From positions 1 through 17,527 of the forward strand of contig NW_021825214.1 in NCBI RefSeq assembly GCF_006345805.1: a DNA stretch of 17,527 nucleotides. Direction: 5' to 3'. Each line of letters starts with the position of its first letter. Positions within the stretch are counted from its first letter, which is position 1. The position numbers were made by a program, and so were the translations under genes. Origin of the DNA: Octopus sinensis (lineage: Eukaryota). Of this stretch, positions 10,346-17,527 are shown piece after piece. The notes below the pieces were generated by a model. The model did not search any database. It worked only from the letters and a program-made list of their open reading frames with translations, and had not been told where the DNA came from.

Positions 10346-10380
10346 TTCCTCTACGAGGAAATATATATATATATATATAT

Positions 10381-10904
10381 AATAATTAATTAATTTCACC
10401 CTTCATTATTACGGATAACCATGTTTTATCTCAGTAGATGACCACAGCATCTTGTTTTGGCTACACGCGGGTGGGAAGGGGCTGGTGACACAATCTTTTC
10501 ATTCACACATTGAATTTGGTGATACTAGTTGCGGATTCTAGCTCGCTCTGATACTGAGTTGAGTTGGTGCCTTCTAGTATCTCAAAATTCAATATATAAT
10601 CATTTATGATTATAGTATTCTACGCTGAAGAGAAAAGAAGTTTTGGTAAGGTAGAATTATTTAATATTTAATTCTTATGCTTTCCTAAAAACTTGATTTC
10701 GAAACGTGCGTCCGTAGATAACTTAAAATTGTATGATAGATTGCCGTCAATTCATTCTCTCTTACCTGTTTGTGTCTGCCTTCCAATTGCTGTTTTTACT
10801 GAGATCTCCCTTTTTAGTAGAAGAAATAGCTATAACTCTTTGACTGCTATTTCTAAATTCGGTATGTGGTAAGGTAATTCGTTGCTAAACCCTTTATTGC
10901 TTAG

Positions 10905-10905
<1 letters not shown>
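10381..10905 (+). mobile_element. TA-flanked non-coding segment carrying a hammerhead ribozyme; probable Penelope-like pLTR or retrozyme unit
   Basis: About 525 bp bounded by (TA)n at 10361-10380 and 10906-10947. No ORF of 60 aa or more. Contains a type I hammerhead with the minimal palindromic stem III typical of Penelope-like element and retrozyme hammerheads. Confidence 0.55.
10619..10718 (+). ncRNA. Type I hammerhead ribozyme
   Basis: Stem I TCTACG (10619-24)/CGTAGA (10713-18). Core CTGAAGA (10625-31). Stem II 10632-10700 (GAAA/TTTC, AAGTTTT/AAAACTT, AGAATTA/TAATTCT). GAAA at 10701-04. Stem III ACG-TG-CGT. GUC cleavage triplet ending at C10712. Confidence 0.88.
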
Positions 10906-10935
<30 letters not shown>

Positions 10936-11059
10936 ATATATATATACACCCATGATCAACCGTAGAGGATCCGAGCAATAAACCCCAACACCCGGCCGCA
11001 GGAGCGCAACAGAAACCGTCTAAATACCTCCAACGCAATGTGTATACAACAAATATATA

Positions 11060-11285
11060 TATGTATGTGTGTGTGTGTGTGCTTGTGTTTCTGTCCCCCC
11101 CCCACATCACTTGACAACCAACGCTGGTGTGTTTACATCCGTGTAACTTAGTGGTTCGGCAAAAGAGGCCGATAGAATAAATACTAGGCTTACAAAGAAT
11201 AAGTCCTGGGGTAGATTTGCTGGACTAAAGGCGGTGCTCCAGCATTGCCGCAGTCAAATGACTGAAACAAGTAAAAGAGTAAAGA

Positions 11286-11286
<1 letters not shown>
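11060..11286 (+). mobile_element. SINE 3' half (internal GT microsatellite, body, LINE-like tail, GTAAAAGA repeats)
   Basis: Ends in ggcggtgctccagcattgccgcagtcaaatgactgaaacaagtaaaagagtaaagag followed by (TA)n, matching the LINE-C 3' end. The body is non-coding and unrelated to LINE ORF2. It resembles an abundant octopus SINE as I recall it. The tRNA head is absent here. Confidence 0.8.
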
Positions 11287-11352
<66 letters not shown>

Positions 11353-11472
11353 TATAATATATATATAATATATAATAATATATATATATATATAATATAT
11401 ATAGTATATATAATATATATATATATAATAATATATAATATATATTATATATATATAATATATATATATATA
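11287..11472. repeat. Imperfect (TA)n microsatellite
   Basis: Directly visible. Confidence 0.95.
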
Positions 11473-11597
11473 AAAATTTAGCATTAAGGACAACTACTTA
11501 ATAAGGAAAACTTAACAAGAATTGTCAGGTAGATAGCGTAAAAACCTCATAGGAGAAAAAATTTCGAAAATAATTATTTCTTATTGAACATATTAAT

Positions 11598-11876
11598 TTA
11601 TATATAGAGGGCATTATACATACATGCAGGAGGCATTCTACATACACGCATGCGCTAAGAGGGACATCAGTCATTTCTACCAAAAATATTACTAATCCTA
11701 CCGAATGCAATTTTTCAAAGAAAGACATTTAAAAAATATTTTAAATGTCTTTCTTTGAAAAATTGCATTCGGGGATTAGTAATATTTTTGGTAGAAATGA
11801 CTGATTGTCCCTCTTAGCGCATGGCGTGTATGTAGAATGCCTCCTGGCATGTATGTATAATGCCCTCTATATATAA
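11598..11876. repeat. ~279-bp near-perfect palindrome (fold-back), arms ~137 bp, 4-nt spacer
   Basis: ttatatatagagggcattatac...gaaagacatttaaaa | aata (11735-38) | ttttaaatgtctttc...gtataatgccctctatatataa. The arms differ only by a few small indels. Confidence 0.93.
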
Positions 11877-12275
11877 TATATATTATATATATATATCATA
11901 TATAGATATAATATATATAGTATATATAATATAATATATATAATATATATATATAATATATATAGTATATATAATATATATAGAATATATATATATATAA
12001 TATATATTATATATATATATATATATAATATATATAGTATATATAATATATTATATATTATATATATATATATATAGATATATATAATAATATATATTAT
12101 ATTATAATATATATTATATATTATATATTATATATATATAATAATAATATATATTAATATATATATATATATATATATGATTATATATATAATATAATAG
12201 TATAATAGTAATATAATTATATATATATATATATATAATATATATATAATATATAATATATATATATATATAATA
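11868..12275. repeat. Long imperfect (TA)n microsatellite (~400 bp)
   Basis: Directly visible; abuts the LINE-B A-rich tail. Confidence 0.95.
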
Positions 12276-15200
12276 GTTTTTTTTTGTTTAGTTTCAGCTC
12301 AGAGCTGCGGCCATGCTGATGCACCGCTGTTTTGTGCTACACTGTTATTGCGACGAACCTCGTCTAATATGTGGCACTTGGTGAAGAATTGAGTTTGATA
12401 CAGCTACTCTCATTTGCACCTCTTGCCGTGAGGTAGGTTAATCTGGGACTCTTGACAGGAAGACGTCCAGCTTTGATTTATAAACCGCTGCATCTACTTT
12501 GTGCAAGTTCCTCAGACTCTTTGGGAGAATATTAAAAAGCTGTGGGCCCTTGAAACCCAGGCTGTTGCAGAAGCTGGTCCTGAAGCGTGATGGCATTGCT
12601 GGGATCTTTGGCACTATGCAGTGTCGTCCCTTTCTAGCATTGGTGTAGCTTACAATGCCAAAATTTGGCACAATTCCTTCGAGGATCTTCCAGATATATA
12701 TTACTGCATACCTCTCCCGTCTTCTCTCCAGGGAGTAGAGTCTTAGCTGTTTCAACCTTTTCCAGTAGCTGAGCTGTTGCAAAGAGACGATCTTCTTTGT
12801 GAATCTTCTCTGGATTGCTTCAAGGTCTGCTGTTAATTTTACACTGGTGGGTGACCATAGCTGTGAGCAGTAATCCAGGCGACTGAGGACGAATGTCCGC
12901 CAGAGGACCATCATGGTTTCCTTATCTCTGGTTCTGAATGTTCTTAGGATCCACCCAGCCAGTCGTCTGCACTTTGTCGTCATCCTGGTAATGTGCACTT
13001 GGAAAGAGGTATCATCACTCATGTCGATACCCAGGTCCCTCACAGACTTAGGCTCTGGGATTGAAATTCCCTGTGGACCGGTTGTATCCTGTAAGTTTAA
13101 TATTCAGTTTTGGATGCTGGTAGCGCAGGGCCTGGAATTTTTCAGCATTAAACTGCATATTATTATCCTCAGCCCATCTGTAGATTGAGTCCAACTCCTG
13201 CTGCAGGTGTGCAACATCGCTGGGGTTCTGTATTTTCTGCGAGACTTTCGTATCGTCTGCATAGCTGGCCAGAGTAGCTATCCGGGCATTTGAGGGCATA
13301 TCTGTGAGGGCCACTATAAAAAGCAGTGGTCCCTAGACAGTGCCCTGTGGAACACCGCTCACTATTTGTGTGTTCATAGAGGTGGCTCCATTAACCACTA
13401 CTGCCTGACTCCTATCTTTCAGGAAGTCATACAACCACACTCCTAGTTTTCCAGCTATTCCGAGGTCACATAGTTTGTGGCATATCATACCATGATCCAC
13501 CTTGTCAAAAGCTTTTGCAAAATCAAGGTAGATTACGTCCACATTTGATTTGTTGAGTAACTGCCTCAACACCCAGTCATAATGCTGTAAGAGCTGGGTC
13601 AGGCAGATCCTACCTGGTCGAAAACCATGCTGGGTATTACTCAGCAAGATATTTTCCTCAAGGAACGCGATTAGTTTCTTTCTGACTATCCTTTCCATGA
13701 CTTTGCTGATGTGTGAAGTCAGAGAGATAGGCCTATAGTTTTTGGCATCTGCTCTACTTCCCCCTTTATGTATTGGGCATATTATTCCCTCCTTCAGCTT
13801 GCTTGGCAGTTTGCCATTCGCAAGAAAGCTCTGGAAGATAATCTTGAGGGGTTTTGCCAGGGCATGCTTACACGCTTTGAGGAGGATGGCTGGGAAACCA
13901 TCTGGACCAGCAACTGAGTTTGTGTCCACTTCATCTATGGCTAGTAGGACATCTTTTTCGCTAATGTCAATACATTCTATTGTAACCGCCTCGCTGGTTA
14001 TAGGTGACGCGGCAAAGAAGTCCACTGGTTCGTTCACTTGTCTGTGTTCCAACGGGGTGGTAAAGACAATTTTGAACTGGCCATTCAGCATCTCACTAAT
14101 CATAGTTGGACTGTCTGTGAGTGGGCCATCCTTTTGGAGGAGGGATCCTATATTGTAGTGCACTGAGACTGTTTCTTTCGTGTAATGAAAGAAGGCCTTT
14201 GGGTTTGATTTAATGTTTTTTATAACCCAGGCTTCTTTGTCTGCTTTCTCCTTCACATAGGATTGTTGCAGCCTTTTTTCGATCTCCATCAGTGTTGTTT
14301 TTAGGCGGGACGTTTCGCTACTTTTGGGATGTTGGTTGAGACGATTTGCAACCTTCGTCCGTCGTCTCATGAGGATCTTCCTGTCTCTTGGAATCTTGCT
14401 CCTATTTGTTTTGGCCTTGTGCTCTGGGACATATTTCTGGCATACGGCTTGCACAGAAGACATGAAACATTCTAGTTTCATATCAATGTCTGGTGTGGAG
14501 AGACATTTCGGCCAGTCCTCTCTGAGGATCTCTTTTTGGATCGATTTCCAATCTGCTTTATGGAAGTTCAGATTGGAGAGTTTTCGGGTGCTTCTTTAGG
14601 CTGTATGTCTCTGGTTACTTTCGGCCCAAACATAGACAGCCCTATTATGTTGTGATCTGAGACTATTGTTGGTGTCACTTTCACATCATGAATGATGTCT
14701 ATATTGTTCATGAAGCAGAGATCCAGAATGTTATTTGCCCCAGTTGGCTTGAGTACAGCTTGCACCATGAATAGGGCATTGGTGAGGTTGAGCAGAGACT
14801 CCACCTGTGCTTGCTTGCAATGAGTCCTTCCTGAGAGTATGAGACCTTCGGACCATTTGTCGTTGGGGAAGTTGAAATCACCCATACAAAATATGGTCAC
14901 GTGGTGTTCCAGATTCATGAGGATTTCTTTAATTCTTGTGAGGCAATCTTCAAACTTGCCTATGTAATTTGGAGCATCCGGTGGGCAATATGTATTGCAT
15001 ATGACTATATTATGTTGTCTTATGTATACAATTAAAGTGTCACATACTGAATTTGAGTATGTCATTAAGACCTGGGGTGTGAGGTCATCTCGGATGTATA
15101 CAGCAACTCCACCATGGCTCCTTACCCTTCTGTCTGTTCGCAGTATGGTATAGTTTGGTATGTGTACTTCTGCGTCCTCTATATCAGGGCTGAGGTGAGT

Positions 15201-15409
15201 TTCCACAAGTGCTATGCATAGGGCTTGATTGCATGCAGTAAGATCTCTCAGGAAAGAAATTTTCTTTCTATTTTGATGCAACAGGCCCCCAATATTTAGC
15301 AAAAGTATTGGAGTGACGGCTGTGGAGGCCATCCCGTGTCTGTTGACTGTGGTGGTCTTGCATAGTGGTGGGCAGGGTTTCTTTGTGGTTAGTGTAGCCA
15401 CGTTAGCTA
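12276..15409 (-). mobile_element. LINE-B: 5'-truncated CR1-group retrotransposon with full-length but disrupted ORF2, short 3' UTR and A-rich tail
   Basis: Begins within the ORF1 C-terminus (LTWLH, homologous to LINE-A). APE and RT domains are complete. It ends in gcggtgcatcagcatggccgcagctctgagctgaaactaaacaaaaaaaaac followed by (TA)n. Confidence 0.93.
12345..15401 (-). pseudogene. LINE-B ORF2 (APE endonuclease + RT + C-terminal domain)
   Basis: Fragments 14568-15401 (LLLNIGGL, ETHL, GDFN, SDH), 13333-14481, 13048-13314 (YADD) and 12438-13043 (RDLG, YCSQLWSP, LYSLERRRERY, GPQLFN). Nonsense codons at 13333 (GTV*GP) and 12438 (PD*PT). Frameshifts near 14590 and 13085. Probable natural stop at 12347-12345. 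Confidence 0.93.
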
Positions 15410-15427
15410 CATATATTTATATATATA

Positions 15428-17527
15428 CTCTTTTACTCTTTTACTTGTTTCAGCCATCCGGCTGAGGCCATGCTGGGGCACCGCCCTTGTTGCTACCCTC
15501 TCTAAGTCCAGTTTGCCGTGGCTGGCCACTGATCTAAGAGAGATTTTAGCTGCTGCCCTTAGGTTACCTTCGTACCTTGCAGTGGGTTCATCTGGGATCC
15601 CGGAAAGCAGCTTGTCTAGATGTTTTTTGAAAATGTCCACATCCGCATCATGTAGATCTCTTAGTTTTCTTGGCAGTTTGTTGAATAGCTGAGGGCCCCT
15701 GAACCCCAGGCTATTACAGTATCTGCTCCTTACCCTGGATGTGGAAGACGGGACCTTTGGCACCACACAGTGACGTCCTGTGCAGGGATTGGACAGCTCT
15801 CAATTCCAAAATTTGGTGCTAGTCTAGTCCTCCAGGATTTCCATATGTATATCACTGCATATCTCTCTTCGTCTTCGTTCCAAGGAGTACACAAATTGAG
15901 TTCCCTACACCTCTCCCAATAGTTCTTTTCTTTCATGGTGGAAATCCTCTTGGTGAAATGTCTTTGATTGTCTCAAGCTCTGTGGTTAGTTTGACACTAT
16001 GCGGTGACCACAGTTTGGAGCAGTAGTCCAGGCGGCTTAGGACAAATGTCCTCCATATGTCAACATGGTCTCGCAGTCTCTTGTCCGGAATGTCCTCAGG
16101 ATCCAGCCAGTGAGTCGTCTGCACATTGTCGCCACCTTCGCGATGTGTGAAGAAAAAGATGCATCGTCACTCATGTCTATCCCCAGGTCCCGTATTGATT
16201 TCGATACTGGGATTTCGATCCCTCCTGGACCAGTATAGTTGTGTTGTAATGTATATGTGTTTACAGCTTGATATTGTAAGGCTTGAAATTTACCAGCATT
16301 AAATTGCATGTTGTTTTCTTCAGCCCATTTGTATATGGCATCCAGATCTTGTTGTAAAAGTCAGCATCAGCTGGTTTTTGATTGCCTGTGCTACCTTTGT
16401 GTCATCAGCATAGCTAGTGAGGGATGTTGTTTGTGCTACCAAGGGCATGTCAGAGAGCACCACCAAAAACAGCAAGTGTCCCAAGACTGTGCCCTGTGGC
16501 ACCCCGCTTGCTATTGGTGTCTTTCCCGAGAGGGCTCCATTGGCTGCAACCATCTGGCTTCTGTCCTTCAGGAAGTCATGTATCCACTCACCTACTTTTC
16601 CTGTTATGCTGAGTCTGAGTAATTTGTGACATATCACTCCGTGGTCGACTTTGTCAAAGGCCTTCGCAAAGTCGAGATATACCACATCCACCTGTGAGCG
16701 ATCCAGTAGTTGTTTCAGTACCCAGTCGTAGTGTAACAGCTGCGTAAGGCAGCTTCTTCCTGGGCGAAAGCCATGCTGTGTGTCAGTGAGACGGTTAGTT
16801 TCTTCGAGAACCGTGATCAGTTTTTTTTCTGATGATTCGTTCCATGACCTTACTTATGTGTGACGTCAGGGAGACTGGCCTGTAGTTTTTGGCCTCTGCT
16901 CTACTCCCTCCTTTGTGGAAGGCCATATGGTGCCTTCTTTTAGCGCCCTGGGCAGTTTACCGTTAGCCAAGGAACCACTGAAGATCTTCTTCAGTGGTCC
17001 CGCTAGGGCATGCCTGCATGTTTTTAGGAGGACTGCTGGGAATCCATCTGGTCCAGCAGCTGAGTTTATTCTCATTTCTTCTATGGCAGATATTACATCC
17101 CTCTCTGTTATGTCTATGTGGTCGATGGTTGTTGTTTGGTTTTGGAGTGTTGGTGGCATCAAAGAAAACTTCTGGGTTTGTGATTTGCATGTGCCCCAGA
17201 GGGGATGTGAACACACTTTTATACTGTTCCTTTAGTATTTCACTTATCCCTTTGGGGTCCTCAGTTAGAGAGCCCTTTTTATCAAAGAGTGGGCCAATCT
17301 TGCAGTGTACCGAGGTGGTTTCTTTCGCAAATTTAAAGAAGGCTTTAGGGTTTGTTTTAATATTCTCTATGGCCCTGGCTTCTCTCTCTGCCCTCTCCTT
17401 CTCATAGGAAAGTTTGAGTGCAGTTTCCGTTTCAAAAAGTTTCAGGTGGAGTCCCTCATTGTTTCTCTGTCGTGCATTCAGTTGCTTCGAGAGCTTAGCT
17501 CTTCGTCTCATAAGTATTTTCCTGTCT
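15428..17527 (-). mobile_element. LINE-C: CR1-group retrotransposon, 3' ~2.1 kb (RT, C-terminal domain and tail); continues beyond the window
   Basis: Frameshifted RT fragments (AAGPDGFP, YLDFAKAFDKVDH, GVPQGTVLG, YADD, RDLG, GPQLFN, PDEP). Tail ggcggtgccccagcatggcctcagccggatggctgaaacaagtaaaagagtaaaagag, then short (TA)n at 15411-15427. Confidence 0.93.

Larger units (their letters stand above)
5741..10360 (-). mobile_element. LINE-A: CR1-group non-LTR retrotransposon with long 5' UTR, ORF1 and APE-RT ORF2, 3' part deleted
   Basis: ORF1 (8695-7790) overlaps the APE endonuclease start (LLLNIRGL, ETHL, YRPP, GDFN, LDL, SDH) and is followed by RT motifs (QHGFR, YLDFAKAFDKVDH, VPQGTVLGP, YADD). 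The coding part is solid. The 5' boundary near 10360 is inferred from an AGACGTGT motif and the abutting (TA)n. Confidence 0.88.

Noticed and set aside
10822-10854. 9-bp inverted repeat AGAAATAGC/GCTATTTCT downstream of the ribozyme
   Set aside because: Real, but short and AT-rich; no function can be assigned without homologues.
15407-15560. Apparent C-terminal extension of LINE-C ORF2 through the tail (…RAVPQHGLSRMAETSKRVKEYIYKYM)
   Set aside because: A 1-nt frameshift near 15545 explains it. The other frame gives SLLDQWPATANWT*, matching the LINE-B ending (NSILHQ).
5910-17407. Numerous plus-strand ORFs of 60-140 aa over the LINEs
   Set aside because: Antisense shadows of ORF1/ORF2 coding sequence with no independent motifs.
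5724-17527. RT fragments as a bacterial retron, group II intron or DGR system
   Set aside because: The APE endonuclease, ORF1, 3' tails and microsatellite-rich context identify eukaryotic non-LTR retrotransposons.

Overview
AT-rich, microsatellite-dense eukaryotic DNA made almost entirely of mobile elements. No host protein-coding gene, rRNA/tRNA gene or CRISPR array is supported. The repeat families resemble ones I recall from octopus/cephalopod genomes (inference from memory, not a search). Three divergent CR1-group LINEs lie on the minus strand. LINE-A (~5741-10360) is 5'-complete but 3'-deleted and has an intact ORF1 combining a Myb/SANT-like domain with a CCCH zinc finger. LINE-B (~12276-15409) is 5'-truncated. 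LINE-C runs from ~15428 off the window edge. A SINE 3' half shares a covarying double-hairpin tail with LINE-B and LINE-C. A complete type I hammerhead ribozyme (10619-10718, +) with a very long stem II sits in a TA-flanked, Penelope/retrozyme-like segment. Every preserved end of these LINEs, that SINE and the ribozyme segment abuts a (TA)n tract, suggesting a microsatellite-targeted retroposon community. Also present are TTAA-flanked piggyBac-type MITEs, a ~927-bp tandem triplication, a ~279-bp palindrome and an old L1/Tx1 RT relic. Many small indels look like long-read errors, so some frameshifts and duplications may be artefacts.
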